A stretch of DNA of 64,000 nt from Clostridia bacterium (GCA_045534225.1 JAZSJJ010000005.1:93712-157711), one strand, 5' to 3'. Counted from the stretch's first letter, positions 28,458 through 39,559 are shown. Program-made: numbers and translations. The notes: generated by a model not told the origin, from the sequence alone.

Positions 28458-29660
28458 TCATTCAATATCTGTATCATTTTTATTGTTATGGTGTATTAAG
28501 GAACCACGAGTAATAAGGTGAGAATTACCAAACTTGTTAAGTATATCATCTACGGTTTTATCTAGTTTTTGTTCCTTTTCGTTAAAAGTTTCAAATAGAT
28601 TTAATTGAGTTGTTTCATCTGGCTCTAAATTACTAAGGCTTATCCCTATAAGTCTTAGTGGTTCGCCTTTATACATTTTGTTAAATATATTTTTACAGTC
28701 CTTAAAAATTTCATTAGTTCCATTAGTAGCAAAATCTATAGTTTGAGCCATAGAATATACTTTGAAATTACTTGTTTTTAATGTAACTGTTATGGTATTT
28801 GCTTTCATAGATTCTTTTCTAAGCCTATTGCATGTATCTTGTACGATATCCAGTATAAAAGAATAAATATCTTCTAAATTAGTTAAATCAGTTACAGATG
28901 TTTTGCTGTGACCTACGGATTTAGGTGTTTCTTTTTTACTATGTCTTTCATCAATATCTTTTCCCCAAGCATAATTATACAAATCTTCACCTTGAGATTT
29001 TAGATGCGCCTTTAATATATTGATGTCTGTATGTGCAAGTTTATATACCGTGTCAATTCCTAAAGTTTTAAGTTTAGCTGCAGTTTTGCCACCTAATAAA
29101 AACATGTTTTCTATAGGCAGTGGCCAAAATTTTTCTTTAATTTCTGAAACATATAATGTATGTATTTTATTTGGTTTTTCAAAATCGCTTGCGACTTTTG
29201 CAAGATATTTAGTATCAGATATACCAATGTTTACGGTAAAGCCTAGTTCGTTAAAAATTCTATCTTTAATGTTATTTGCAACTTCCATGACACTACCTAA
29301 AAGGGGAATGTATGTAATAAAACATTCATCAATAGAATAGGGTTCAATTTCGTCAGAGAAATCCTCCAAAAGTTTTCTTAATTTAAGACTTTCCTTCTCG
29401 TAATAACTGTGATTAGGCGGAACACATACTAAATCTGGACATTTTTTTACAGCTGAAAAAATAGGTTCACCTGTTTTTACCCCCATATCTTTCGCTGGTT
29501 TAGATTTAGCTAGGATAATTCCAGTTCTGTTTTTAGGATCACCTGCTACTGCTGAAGGAATAGTTCTTAAATCAATAGTTTCCCCTTCTTTTAACCTTTT
29601 AACGGCTTCCCAAGAAAGAAAGGCATTGTTAACATCGATGTGAAAATATATTTTAGACAT
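28458..29660 (-). CDS. dinB: DNA polymerase IV (Y-family translesion polymerase)
   Basis: Y-family N terminus MSKIYFHIDVNNAFLSWEAV and about 400 aa. The start was chosen at the internal Met that matches DinB N termini. Confidence 0.75.
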   Translation of the reverse strand: MSKIYFHIDVNNAFLSWEAVKRLKEGETIDLRTIPSAVAGDPKNRTGIILAKSKPAKDMGVKTGEPIFSAVKKCPDLVCVPPNHSYYEKESLKLRKLLEDFSDEIEPYSIDECFITYIPLLGSVMEVANNIKDRIFNELGFTVNIGISDTKYLAKVASDFEKPNKIHTLYVSEIKEKFWPLPIENMFLLGGKTAAKLKTLGIDTVYKLAHTDINILKAHLKSQGEDLYNYAWGKDIDERHSKKETPKSVGHSKTSVTDLTNLEDIYSFILDIVQDTCNRLRKESMKANTITVTLKTSNFKVYSMAQTIDFATNGTNEIFKDCKNIFNKMYKGEPLRLIGISLSNLEPDETTQLNLFETFNEKEQKLDKTVDDILNKFGNSHLITRGSLIHHNNKNDTDIE

Positions 29661-29728
29661 TTTGTTCACCAAACATATTATACAAACATTCGTTCTTAAA
29701 GTCAAGAGGAATTTTCTGGAGGTGTATT

Positions 29729-29983
29729 ATGAAAGTATATGTGCTAGAACCATTAAATAATATTGAGCTTTGTAAATATTTAATAGAGAAAAAGGTATAT
29801 GTAAAAAATCTAACCTTAGCGGATGTAGTGATAGTAGACAAAGCTTTAAATATAAGAAAGTCACTAGATACTATAGACTTAGCACTAATGTATGGAAAGG
29901 AAATACTTTGTATAAAGAATGGTTTTGCTAAAGAATACTATGTAAGCAATCATCTAATTTATGATGGAGCAATCTATATTTGA
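29729..29983 (+). CDS. hypothetical small protein
   Basis: 84-aa ORF with a GGAGG RBS. Confidence 0.4.
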   Translation: MKVYVLEPLNNIELCKYLIEKKVYVKNLTLADVVIVDKALNIRKSLDTIDLALMYGKEILCIKNGFAKEYYVSNHLIYDGAIYI

Positions 29984-30059
29984 TAAAGAATAGAATGTGT
30001 GGTATACTTAATAAGTATTTAAGATAAAGACTAAAAATAATTTTTAGGAGGAACAACTA

Positions 30060-30257
30060 ATGAATTTATCTGAGAATGTAAGAGAAGTGATTTTATCTAT
30101 GAATGGAGAGTTTACTATCGAGGAACTTATTGCAAGGCTTGCAGCTGAAAATATTTTCGTAGAAGGTCAAAAAGAACAAGTACTTGATTTGGTAGATGGA
30201 TACTTAGAAACGGATATTATGCACCATATTCCGTTTACAGATAAATATTATGTGTAA
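30060..30257 (+). CDS. hypothetical small protein
   Basis: 65-aa ORF preceded by a strong AGGAGG RBS. Confidence 0.45.
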   Translation: MNLSENVREVILSMNGEFTIEELIARLAAENIFVEGQKEQVLDLVDGYLETDIMHHIPFTDKYYV

Positions 30258-30261
30258 ACTA

Positions 30262-30296
30262 CAAATAGCACCCTAATATAATTTAGGGTGCTATTG
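30262..30296. terminator. bidirectional terminator
   Basis: Hairpin aatagcaccctaa-tataat-ttagggtgctatt between convergent genes. Confidence 0.7.
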
Positions 30297-31778
30297 TTAT
30301 AATATTATACAGATTAATCCGCCACAACCTTCGTTAATTAATCTTTCTAATGTTTCTTGAAGTTTCATTCTAGCTTCATCTGGCATTTTGTATAGTTTAT
30401 TGTGAAGTCCTTCGTTAACTAATTCGTGTAGAGATTTGCCAAAGATATTAGATTTCCATATAGACTTAGGATCGTTTTCAAATTCTGCCAAAAGATATTT
30501 TACTAAATCTTCAGATTGTTTTTCGCTTCCAACTATAGGAGATACTTCTGTTTCAATATCTGCTTTTATCATATGAATAGATGGGGCAGAAGCTTTTAAT
30601 TTAACGCCATATTTAGTACCTTGTTTAACTATTTCTGGCTCTTCCAAAGTTAACTCATCTATATCTGGAGTTACTATTCCATAGCCTTTAATGTTAACTT
30701 CTTCTAATGCATCTTTTATCTTAGAATAATCTTTTTTTACCTTAGAGTAGTCATCAATAAGAGTAAATATATCACATTCTGAATGTATTTCGTTTCCTGT
30801 TTTTTCAGAGAGAACTTTAAAGAACCATTCGTCTTTAATATCCATTTTAATTGTTATACATCCATCAGACATATTAGCTTCGTCAACCGCGATATCTTTA
30901 AATATATCTGAATCTTTAATGAAGTCTTTAGTTAGTTTGGTTATTTCTCTAATTGAAGTATCCTTTAAGAAGTTATCTTTTACTAAAGATATTATTTTAT
31001 CTTTTAATGGATAAGTGATATCTAGCATATTAAACCAATTAGGGAGTTTGAAACTAATTTCACTTACAGGAAACTCCTCTAACACTCTAGAGAACATTTC
31101 TTTAATGTCTTTTTCTGTTAAATCTAAAGCGTTGCTAGCTACTACAGGAACATCATATTTTTCTTCTAACTCGCATCTTAGGGTTTCAGTTTTAGTTGAA
31201 GTTGGTTCTTTAGAGTTAAGCATTACAACAAATGGTTTGTTGCATTCTTTAAGTTCGCGTATTACTCTTTCTTCGGCAGCCACATAGTTTTCTCTTGGAA
31301 TATCTGTAATACTACCATCTGTTGTAACAACAAGACCAATAGTAGAATGATCACAAATTACTTTGTGTGTCCCGGTTTCAGCAGCTTTAGCAAATGGTAG
31401 CTCATCATCTGACCATGGAGTTCTTACCATTCTTGGCATATTGCCTTCAAGATGCCCCATTGCATCGTTTACCAAATATCCAACACAATCTACGAGCCTT
31501 GCTTTCATTTTAACGTTACCATTTAAGGTAATATCTACAGATTCGTTAGGAACAAATTTAGGTTCTGTAGTCATAATGGTTTTTCCAGCTGCGCTTTGTG
31601 GCAGTTCATCTATTGCACGTTCTTGTTTATGTGGATTATCTATACTTGGTATAACAAGTCTTTCCATGAAGTTCTTAATAAATGTAGATTTACCCGTTCT
31701 AACTGGCCCTACAACGCCAATATATATATCCCCGCCTGTTCTAGCAGATATATCCTTGTAAATATCTATGCTTTTCAT
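30297..31778 (-). CDS. spoIVA: stage IV sporulation protein A (spore coat morphogenetic ATPase)
   Basis: Collinear with B. subtilis SpoIVA from MKSIDIYKDISARTGGDIYIGVVGPVRTGKSTFIK (Walker A) to the C-terminal INEGCGGLICIIL. Confidence 0.9.
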   Translation of the reverse strand: MKSIDIYKDISARTGGDIYIGVVGPVRTGKSTFIKNFMERLVIPSIDNPHKQERAIDELPQSAAGKTIMTTEPKFVPNESVDITLNGNVKMKARLVDCVGYLVNDAMGHLEGNMPRMVRTPWSDDELPFAKAAETGTHKVICDHSTIGLVVTTDGSITDIPRENYVAAEERVIRELKECNKPFVVMLNSKEPTSTKTETLRCELEEKYDVPVVASNALDLTEKDIKEMFSRVLEEFPVSEISFKLPNWFNMLDITYPLKDKIISLVKDNFLKDTSIREITKLTKDFIKDSDIFKDIAVDEANMSDGCITIKMDIKDEWFFKVLSEKTGNEIHSECDIFTLIDDYSKVKKDYSKIKDALEEVNIKGYGIVTPDIDELTLEEPEIVKQGTKYGVKLKASAPSIHMIKADIETEVSPIVGSEKQSEDLVKYLLAEFENDPKSIWKSNIFGKSLHELVNEGLHNKLYKMPDEARMKLQETLERLINEGCGGLICIIL

Positions 31779-31936
31779 AATTTACCTCCAATATTTCTTA
31801 ATACAAATATACGAGCATCAAGAAAAAATATTACAATTTCTATGCGAAAAAATATAATGTATATTTTTTACTATACTTTTTCATAAAAATGTAGTAGAAT
31901 GTACTTAGGAAAAATTATTCTTAAGGCGGAGGTAAT

Positions 31937-33625
31937 ATGAATAAAATATGGAAGATAAAAGATATAGATAATAACAAGGTAAAAGAATATGTAGAAAAGT
32001 TTAAGATTTCTGAAGTAGCAGCAAAGATGTTACTTGCAAAAGACTTAACAGAAGATAAAATAGACGAATATTTAAATCCAAGTATAGATAAACTTCATGA
32101 TCCATACCTTCTAAATGATATGGACGTTCTTGTAGATAGAATAATCCTTGCTAAGACTAGAAACGAAAAAGTAGCCATATATGGAGATTATGATGTTGAC
32201 GGAATAACAAGCATAACTTTAATATATACATTCCTAAGAGATTTGGGATTAGACATGGTATATTATTTACCAGATAGAATAGAAGAAGGTTACGGGCTAA
32301 ACATAGAAGCATTAAAGAAATTAAAAGATGAAGGAGTTTCTTTAGTAATAACAGTGGACTGTGGTATTTCTGCAGTAAGTGAAGTAGAATACGCTAAAAG
32401 TATAGGGTTGGATGTATGTATAACAGATCACCACGAGTGTTCAGATACATTACCAAATGCAATTAGTATAGTAAATCCCAAAAGACCAGATTCAACATAC
32501 CCATTTAATTCTTTGGCTGGAGTAGGAGTAACATTTAAGGTGCTTTCTGCAATAGTTAAAAGATTAGGTTTAGATGAAAATGAATATCTAAAATATTTAG
32601 ATATAGCAGCAGTAGGAACAATAGCAGATATAGTTCCACTAGTTGGAGAAAATAGAATAATAACAGCTAACGGATTGGAATTATTAGCTAAAACAAAAAA
32701 TGAAGGATTAAAAGCTTTAATGAAGGTTGCTAGAATAGAAAAGGTAGATTCAGATAATGTATCTTTTGGAATAGCACCAAGAATAAATGCAAGTGGAAGA
32801 ATGGCAGATGCAACAGTTGCAGTTAAAATGCTTCTTGCAGAAAATGAAATGGAAGCATACAAATATGCTAAAGTTTTAGATTCACAAAACACAAAAAGAC
32901 AAGAAGTAGAAAAAGGAATATATAATGAAGCAATAGAACAAATAGAAAAGAATGGCTTAGATAAAAGAAAATCTATGGTTATAGCAGGAGAAAACTGGCA
33001 TCAAGGAGTAATTGGAATAGTTGCTTCTAAACTTACAGAAAAATACTTGAAACCGGTAATACTTTTAGCGTATGATGGAGCGACTGCTAAAGGTAGCGGA
33101 AGAATACCAGCGGGTATTTCGTTATACGATGCACTATCTGAATGTTCAGATTTATTGACAACATTTGGTGGTCACGAACTTGCGGCAGGACTTACATTAG
33201 AGACTAAAAATATAGAGGCGTTCAGAGAAAAGTTTGAACAAGTAATAACTTCTATGAAGGAAGAGGATTTTGTAAGAATTATAGATATAGATACGGAAAT
33301 AACTAAAAAGGATATTACATTAAACATATTAGAGGATATCAATCTTTTAGCACCATTTGGACAAAAGAATAAAAAACCTGTGTTTATGTATAAAAACCTA
33401 AAGGTAACAAGTGTTTCTACGCTAAAAGAAGATAAACATTTGAAATTTAGATTAAGTGATGGAGATTTCTATGTGGATGCTGTGTTCTTTGGAGCAGGAA
33501 ATAGAAGAGATGAAGTTACTCTTGGTGATAGGATAGATGTAGCAGTAAATGTTTCATTAAATGAATTCCAAGGAAGAAAATCTATACAATTTTTAATGGC
33601 AGATTTTAAGAAAAGTATGGTGTAA
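31937..33625 (+). CDS. recJ: single-stranded-DNA-specific exonuclease RecJ
   Basis: DHH and DHHA1 motifs (GDYDVDGITS, ITDHHE). Confidence 0.85.
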   Translation: MNKIWKIKDIDNNKVKEYVEKFKISEVAAKMLLAKDLTEDKIDEYLNPSIDKLHDPYLLNDMDVLVDRIILAKTRNEKVAIYGDYDVDGITSITLIYTFLRDLGLDMVYYLPDRIEEGYGLNIEALKKLKDEGVSLVITVDCGISAVSEVEYAKSIGLDVCITDHHECSDTLPNAISIVNPKRPDSTYPFNSLAGVGVTFKVLSAIVKRLGLDENEYLKYLDIAAVGTIADIVPLVGENRIITANGLELLAKTKNEGLKALMKVARIEKVDSDNVSFGIAPRINASGRMADATVAVKMLLAENEMEAYKYAKVLDSQNTKRQEVEKGIYNEAIEQIEKNGLDKRKSMVIAGENWHQGVIGIVASKLTEKYLKPVILLAYDGATAKGSGRIPAGISLYDALSECSDLLTTFGGHELAAGLTLETKNIEAFREKFEQVITSMKEEDFVRIIDIDTEITKKDITLNILEDINLLAPFGQKNKKPVFMYKNLKVTSVSTLKEDKHLKFRLSDGDFYVDAVFFGAGNRRDEVTLGDRIDVAVNVSLNEFQGRKSIQFLMADFKKSMV

Positions 33626-34308
33626 TGAAAATGTTGTTAAAGGAAACAGAAAAAATTGAAGTTTATCTTTACGAAATAGAGATAGAGAATACAGGACATA
33701 TTACAAATATGTATGTAATAAAAGATAAAGGTACAAATAAAATAGCTGTTATAGATCCAGCATTTGATGGTAAAAATATAAAAAATACTATTAAATCAAT
33801 AGGTGAACTTGAATGTGTAATTATAACTCATTCTCATGCAGATCATATAGCAGGTCTTGCAGAATTAGTAAATGACATAGATATAAATGTATATATTCAT
33901 TCATTAGATAAAGAGGGGCTTTGGAATACTACGTTTAATGAAGAACAAGTGGTTGGAACAAATGTAAAATTGGTAGATAAAGAGAGAGTATACGTAGTAG
34001 AAGAAAATGATGAAATAAAAATAGGAGATACAATATTTTTTGTAATGCATACTCCGGGACATACGCAAGGCTCAATGGTTATATATAGCGAAAGTGAAAA
34101 TGTGTTATTTGCAGGGGATACAATATTTAAGAATTCTTATGGTAGAACAGATTTAATTACAAGCAATAATAATGCGATGGGTATAAGTCTAGATAAGATT
34201 TTTAACAAGTTCAAAAATATATCTGTTTATCCAGGACATGGACCGTTTTTTGAACTAGAAGATTCTAAAAGAAGAATTAAAATGTTATATGCATTTAAGG
34301 GTTTCTAA
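33625..34308 (+). CDS. MBL-fold metallo-hydrolase
   Basis: HxHxDH motif (THSHADHIAG). Confidence 0.75.
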   Translation: MKMLLKETEKIEVYLYEIEIENTGHITNMYVIKDKGTNKIAVIDPAFDGKNIKNTIKSIGELECVIITHSHADHIAGLAELVNDIDINVYIHSLDKEGLWNTTFNEEQVVGTNVKLVDKERVYVVEENDEIKIGDTIFFVMHTPGHTQGSMVIYSESENVLFAGDTIFKNSYGRTDLITSNNNAMGISLDKIFNKFKNISVYPGHGPFFELEDSKRRIKMLYAFKGF

Positions 34309-34320
34309 AATAAATAATAA

Positions 34321-34362
34321 AGCAAAAATAGTAATGAGTTAATCATTACTATTTTTGTTTGT
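34321..34362. terminator. bidirectional terminator
   Basis: Hairpin aaaatagtaatga-gttaa-tcattactatttt. Confidence 0.7.
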
Positions 34363-34383
34363 GTAATATGTTTTTATAACAAA

Positions 34384-35805
34384 TTATATTTCTTTATCAT
34401 CAGATTTAACTTTAACTTCTACTTCTACTTCGCCTTGAACTGCCATTCCAGAATCATAACTTGCAACTTCGTCTAAGGTATTTACTGCATTTAATTTATC
34501 CATTGTAGCATTTACTCTAGGACTAAATGGAATTTCTTTTGTTCCAACGTGTGGGATTCTATCATCTGTTTCCATTTCTTTAATAGAGCCAATTGGATCT
34601 TTGTTATCCCAATATTCAGTGCCATAGTCTTCTTCTAGAAATTCCTTTTTATATCCTGAAGTATCTACTGAAGGAGCATCTGCTATAGATGGTAATGTTA
34701 AACCATATTTTGAAAGCACTTCTTCACAATTAACATCTTCAAGATTTAATTCTGCAACTAGTTGGTCAAATGTTTTCTTACCTAATTTCTTTCTCATAGA
34801 TGTCGCAACTTCTAATGCTGCTAATTTTTCTTGAGTAGGAGCTAAAGCTGGAACATCGTTTAATTGTTCTATTGTATATGGTGTATTAGTACGTAAACCG
34901 TGTTCGTAGTTTGCGGCAAGTCTTTCCATTTCATATCTACTCTTTTCAGAGAATGTTTTAGGATCAACGCCTTGTTGCACTTCAGTTGCCATTCTAGCAT
35001 CCATTGCAGCTAAACATTCATGATATAACGAAGCAGTTAAGTTTGTTATATTTCTATAATCTGTTTGAGTAAGTTGGCCTTTTCTATTAGGATTGTATTT
35101 AATAGAATGCATAGTATCTGTTATGAATGTAACACGTGCCATAAATGTATCGAAAGCTTTAGGATCTGCAAACTTTTTAGACATAACTTCTCTAAAATGT
35201 TCTGGACCTTTTTCTGCTGCTGAAAGGAATTCTTTTTCAGATACACCCAAAGCAGTGTGAACCATTGTACCTGCAAATATTAAATCGTTATATCCAACGT
35301 GTCTCATCATACATTTTGGATCTGAACCAGGCCCCATATCTGCAGATAGACGCATGTTCATAGTAAGTCTAGATGCTTTCATTTCAGTTAAGATTTCGTT
35401 AAAGCTTACACCTTTTAATCTACCGTTTTTACCAACTCTAATAAATGAATTTGGATCTTCGGCAAGTAAATCTTCGCCAACGTGTCCTAATTCATGGAAC
35501 ATTGCGCATAAATGAGCTACATAGCTTTCATTTCTCGCAGACATACCTGCATAGTTTAATGTTATCTTCTTTTCTTCTGGATTGTATGTAGCATTAAGAG
35601 AAGAGTCTGGACGATCATCTATCTCTATTGTATCTAAGTTTTGTAACATTGTATCTAGTTTTGCGCGAACTTCTTTATCAGTTAGACCAAATTCAGCTGC
35701 GCTTCTAGATAAATATTCGTTAAGTAACGGCCATGAAGACTCTGGATAACCATGAGCTTCAAAATCCGAATTAAAATTATATTTTTTATATTTTCTTGCT
35801 GCCAT
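34384..35805 (-). CDS. hypothetical protein with an HExxH zinc-metallopeptidase-like motif
   Basis: 473 aa. The only recognisable feature is a single HELGH motif in MFHELGHVGED. Confidence 0.45.
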   Translation of the reverse strand: MAARKYKKYNFNSDFEAHGYPESSWPLLNEYLSRSAAEFGLTDKEVRAKLDTMLQNLDTIEIDDRPDSSLNATYNPEEKKITLNYAGMSARNESYVAHLCAMFHELGHVGEDLLAEDPNSFIRVGKNGRLKGVSFNEILTEMKASRLTMNMRLSADMGPGSDPKCMMRHVGYNDLIFAGTMVHTALGVSEKEFLSAAEKGPEHFREVMSKKFADPKAFDTFMARVTFITDTMHSIKYNPNRKGQLTQTDYRNITNLTASLYHECLAAMDARMATEVQQGVDPKTFSEKSRYEMERLAANYEHGLRTNTPYTIEQLNDVPALAPTQEKLAALEVATSMRKKLGKKTFDQLVAELNLEDVNCEEVLSKYGLTLPSIADAPSVDTSGYKKEFLEEDYGTEYWDNKDPIGSIKEMETDDRIPHVGTKEIPFSPRVNATMDKLNAVNTLDEVASYDSGMAVQGEVEVEVKVKSDDKEI

Positions 35806-35814
35806 ATTAACCTC

Positions 35815-36033
35815 CTAAACAATATCTAGAGGTTTAGCTTCAAGCATATCTAAAATTGTATTTATTAAACCTTCATCCTTTATTAAAACTAATTTGAAAT
35901 TTTCTTTATCGTAAAGATAAATATTTTCTTCAATATCTAAATAATATATAGAACCATCAAATTCTATAGAGCCAAGTAATGGAACTCCATTTATTTCGTT
36001 TTTCCCCGCCATATATATCCCTCCATAATACAA
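35815..36033 (-). CDS. small acidic protein, possibly DUF1292-like
   Basis: 72 aa. The pattern LxxIEFDGSIYYLDIEENIYLYD resembles the DUF1292 family. Confidence 0.4.
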   Translation of the reverse strand: MYYGGIYMAGKNEINGVPLLGSIEFDGSIYYLDIEENIYLYDKENFKLVLIKDEGLINTILDMLEAKPLDIV

Positions 36034-36154
36034 AAATTATATTATATATAAATTTCGATGTCAAGGAATGAAAATATAGAGATTTATGAATTTGTAAAGT
36101 ATAGACAGAAACTGGCTTTTGTGGTATAATAATTATGTAGAGGTATGTTTGAAA

Positions 36155-36820
36155 ATGGTAACAAGTTTTAGCGAATTATTAGAAATAGAAAAGGGTAAAG
36201 AATACTTTAAGGAATTAACAGAATTTATAGACAATGAATACGCATCAAAAACAATTTTCCCAGCAAGAGAAAATGTTATGAATGCTATGAAATATACACC
36301 ATATAAAAATGTTAAAGTAGTAATAGTTGGACAAGATCCTTATCACGGAGTAGGAGAAGCGCATGGACTTTGTTTCTCAGTAAACCCAGGGATTAAGGTT
36401 CCACCATCATTACAAAATATATATAAAGAATTACATAGAGATTTAGGATTATACATCCCAAATAATGGATACTTACTTAAATGGGCTAAAGAAGGAGTAC
36501 TAATGTTAAACAGTGTTTTAACAGTTGTAAAAGATACTCCTGGAAGTCACAGAAAAAAAGGTTGGGAGACATTTACTGATGAAGTAATAAAAGCAGTTAA
36601 TGATAAACAAGAACCAGTAGTATTTCTTTTATGGGGTGCTTATGCAAAAGAAAAGAAAGTATTAATTACTAATCCTAAACATCTAGTATTAGAATCTTCA
36701 CATCCAAGTCCATTCTCAGTAAAAAGTGGTTTCGAAGGATGTGGACATTTTTCTAAGACAAATGAATTCCTAAAACAAAACGGAAGAGAAGAAATAGATT
36801 GGCAAATAGAAAATATATAA
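36155..36820 (+). CDS. ung: uracil-DNA glycosylase
   Basis: Family-1 UDG motif (VVIVGQDPYHGVGEAHGLCFSV). The start was placed at the ATG; an upstream extended -10 TGgTATAAT lies at 36120-36128. Confidence 0.85.
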   Translation: MVTSFSELLEIEKGKEYFKELTEFIDNEYASKTIFPARENVMNAMKYTPYKNVKVVIVGQDPYHGVGEAHGLCFSVNPGIKVPPSLQNIYKELHRDLGLYIPNNGYLLKWAKEGVLMLNSVLTVVKDTPGSHRKKGWETFTDEVIKAVNDKQEPVVFLLWGAYAKEKKVLITNPKHLVLESSHPSPFSVKSGFEGCGHFSKTNEFLKQNGREEIDWQIENI

Positions 36821-36830
36821 AGGAGAATAA

Positions 36831-37856
36831 ATGAAGACAAGCGATTTTAATTACAATTTACCAGAAGAACTAATAGCACAAGTACCACTTAAAGATAGAT
36901 CAAGCTCCAAATTACTTGTACTAGATAAACATAATGGAAATATTGAACACAGAAATTTTAAGGATATAATGGAGTACTTAAATCCAGGAGATACTTTAGT
37001 ACTAAACAATACAAAAGTAATGCCAGCAAGAATATATGGTACAAGGGAAGGTCATACGGGTAAAATAGAAGTACTTTTACTTAAGAATACTGAAGGAGAT
37101 ATTTGGGAATGTTTAGTTGGTCCTGCAAAAAAAGCAAAAATTGGAACAATTTTAGTGTTTGGGGATAGACTTAAAGGACAAGTTGTTGATATAATAGAAG
37201 AAGGTATAAGAAAAATAGAGTTTATATATGATGGAATATTTAATGAAATACTTGATGAAATAGGCATTATGCCACTTCCACCATATATAACAGCAACGCT
37301 AGAAGATAAAACAAGATATCAAACGGTGTATGCTAAATATACAGGTTCGGCAGCAGCACCAACAGCAGGTCTTCATTTTACAGAAGAACTACTAGACAAA
37401 ATAAAAGAAAAAGGTATTAATATAGCATATGTAACATTACACGTAGGACTTGGAACATTTAGACCGGTTAAAGTAGACGATGTAGAAACACATGTGATGC
37501 ATAGTGAATACTACGAAATAGAAAAAGACGCTTGTGATATAATAAATAATACTAAAAAGAATGGTAACAAAGTAGTTACAGTTGGAACAACATCATGTAG
37601 AGTTCTAGAATCAGCTTCAAAAGAAGATGGGACTTTAGTACCAACACATGATAATACACAAATATTTATATATCCAGGATATAAATTCAAGGTGGTAGAT
37701 AATTTAATAACAAATTTCCACTTACCAGAATCTACATTAATTATGTTAGTATCTGCATTAGCAGGTAAAGAAAATATTATGAACGCATATGAACAAGCCG
37801 TAAACGAAAGATATAGATTTTTCAGTTTCGGAGACGCAATGTTTATTAAAGAGTAG
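36831..37856 (+). CDS. queA: S-adenosylmethionine:tRNA ribosyltransferase-isomerase
   Basis: QueA N terminus [15 protein letters not shown] and a length of 341 aa. Confidence 0.85.
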   Translation: MKTSDFNYNLPEELIAQVPLKDRSSSKLLVLDKHNGNIEHRNFKDIMEYLNPGDTLVLNNTKVMPARIYGTREGHTGKIEVLLLKNTEGDIWECLVGPAKKAKIGTILVFGDRLKGQVVDIIEEGIRKIEFIYDGIFNEILDEIGIMPLPPYITATLEDKTRYQTVYAKYTGSAAAPTAGLHFTEELLDKIKEKGINIAYVTLHVGLGTFRPVKVDDVETHVMHSEYYEIEKDACDIINNTKKNGNKVVTVGTTSCRVLESASKEDGTLVPTHDNTQIFIYPGYKFKVVDNLITNFHLPESTLIMLVSALAGKENIMNAYEQAVNERYRFFSFGDAMFIKE

Positions 37857-37876
37857 TTTTGAGGAGGTAATAAACT

Positions 37877-39559
37877 ATGGCAAAAGAAACTATTGTAGAG
37901 GGATCTCAAGATTTCAAAGATGAATTTTTCGCACAATTAAAGAATTCTGTTATACCAACAGAACCAGAGGTGGGAGCTGGCAAAACAGACAGATTAGCAG
38001 ACCTTTTAGCAAGAAAGGAACAACTTGCAAGAGCTTTGGATGAAGAAACAGATACTATAAAGAAAATGACTTTAAGAAGTGAAATTTCTGAAGTTGAAGA
38101 AGAAATAGCTAAAATTCAAGGTAAAGACGGCTTGGATGAAAAAGAAACTGCAGAAGAAGATTTAGACGAAGATGCTAAAAAAGCAGATGAAGCTAAAGCT
38201 GAAGAGGCAGAAGAGCAAGATTTAGCGGCAAGAGAAGCTCAAGAAAGAGAAGAAGCAGAAAAGAAACAAAGAGAAGCTAGAAGTCTAGCTTTAAGAGAAC
38301 AATATCATGAAGCGTTAGTTGCTCTATACAACCATAAGGTAGTAAGTGCTGAAGAAGCAAAAGCTGCTCAACTTTCTATGACATCAAGAGAAGCTTTCGA
38401 TAAAGAACTACAATTAGAAGCAGAAATGTATAGACTAAGAGATGAATACTTATCTTTAGGAAATGAAGATCCATATACAGAACTTAGAACAGAATTAATG
38501 AAAAAAGAAAGAATGGCTGTAGATCCAATGGAATCTGTAATTAGAAGAGATGCAAAAGAATTTGCAGAACTTCAAAGAAAAGTAGCAGATATAGATGCAA
38601 GAATTGCAGATATAGATAGACAAATTGCAGATGACCAAATGTCTGAAGGTGTTGCAGAAAAATTAAGACAAGAAAGAACAGAGTTAGAAGCTAGAAAAAG
38701 TGCAACTGTAAAGAAAGCAACGGTGCTTAAAGAAAGATTAACTCCAATAGTAGCAGAAAAAGCAAGACGTTCAGAAGCAAGACTAGAATTAGATGCTAAA
38801 CTTGTAGAAACATTTAGTCCGGAAGACAGTAAAAATCATCAATACCAACAAAAACAAGCACAAACAATAACAACTAATACAGAACAAGGATTAAGACAAG
38901 AATATAGACATCTAAATGAAAGAATTGGACGCAGAGAAGAACGTATATTAGAACTTAAAGAACAATTATCTAGAACACCAATAGATGACTTCGAAGGAAG
39001 ATTAAATTTATTAACAGAATTAGATAGGGAAGCTACATTATTAGAAGCAGATAGAGAATCAAGAACTGATTTAAGAAGAAAAGACAGATTAACACCAGAA
39101 CAAAGAGCTAAAAAAGCTAAAGAACGTGAAGAAGAAATTGAAACAAGAGCTGAAGACTTCTATAAAGAAACAGATGAGGCTAGGGATTTAGTAAGAGCTC
39201 AAAACAAATTTATTGGACAAGACACAGTTGCAAATCCAGTACAAAATACAATTACAGAAACCACAGATAGAAATATTAAAACTGTAGCTGCAACACATGC
39301 TATAATATCAGGTGGACCAAACGATTCTTTATCTAAAAACTATTTAGAATATCAATCTACAAAGCAAATTCTTACAGTAATGAGAGATGATGAAGAAGTT
39401 GCACCATCTGTAATACCTGGTCTAGAAGATAAAGTTATAGACATTGAAGATGTTGAAGAAGCTCAAAAATACTTAGAACAAAACGATGAATTAGCAAGAG
39501 CTAATGAACAACTATTAGAACAACAAAAACAAGTAGAAGAAAGAACAGCAAATATATAA
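37877..39559 (+). CDS. hypothetical highly charged coiled-coil protein
   Basis: 560 aa, rich in E, K, R and A with long predicted coiled coils. It is inserted between queA and tgt. Confidence 0.5.
   Translation: MAKETIVEGSQDFKDEFFAQLKNSVIPTEPEVGAGKTDRLADLLARKEQLARALDEETDTIKKMTLRSEISEVEEEIAKIQGKDGLDEKETAEEDLDEDAKKADEAKAEEAEEQDLAAREAQEREEAEKKQREARSLALREQYHEALVALYNHKVVSAEEAKAAQLSMTSREAFDKELQLEAEMYRLRDEYLSLGNEDPYTELRTELMKKERMAVDPMESVIRRDAKEFAELQRKVADIDARIADIDRQIADDQMSEGVAEKLRQERTELEARKSATVKKATVLKERLTPIVAEKARRSEARLELDAKLVETFSPEDSKNHQYQQKQAQTITTNTEQGLRQEYRHLNERIGRREERILELKEQLSRTPIDDFEGRLNLLTELDREATLLEADRESRTDLRRKDRLTPEQRAKKAKEREEEIETRAEDFYKETDEARDLVRAQNKFIGQDTVANPVQNTITETTDRNIKTVAATHAIISGGPNDSLSKNYLEYQSTKQILTVMRDDEEVAPSVIPGLEDKVIDIEDVEEAQKYLEQNDELARANEQLLEQQKQVEERTANI

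Noticed and set aside
31779-31936. Possible sigma-E type promoter (ATATT-N13-CGTATATT on the minus strand) upstream of spoIVA
   Set aside because: I cannot verify the match to the sigma-E consensus with confidence without a position weight matrix, so it is not reported as a feature.
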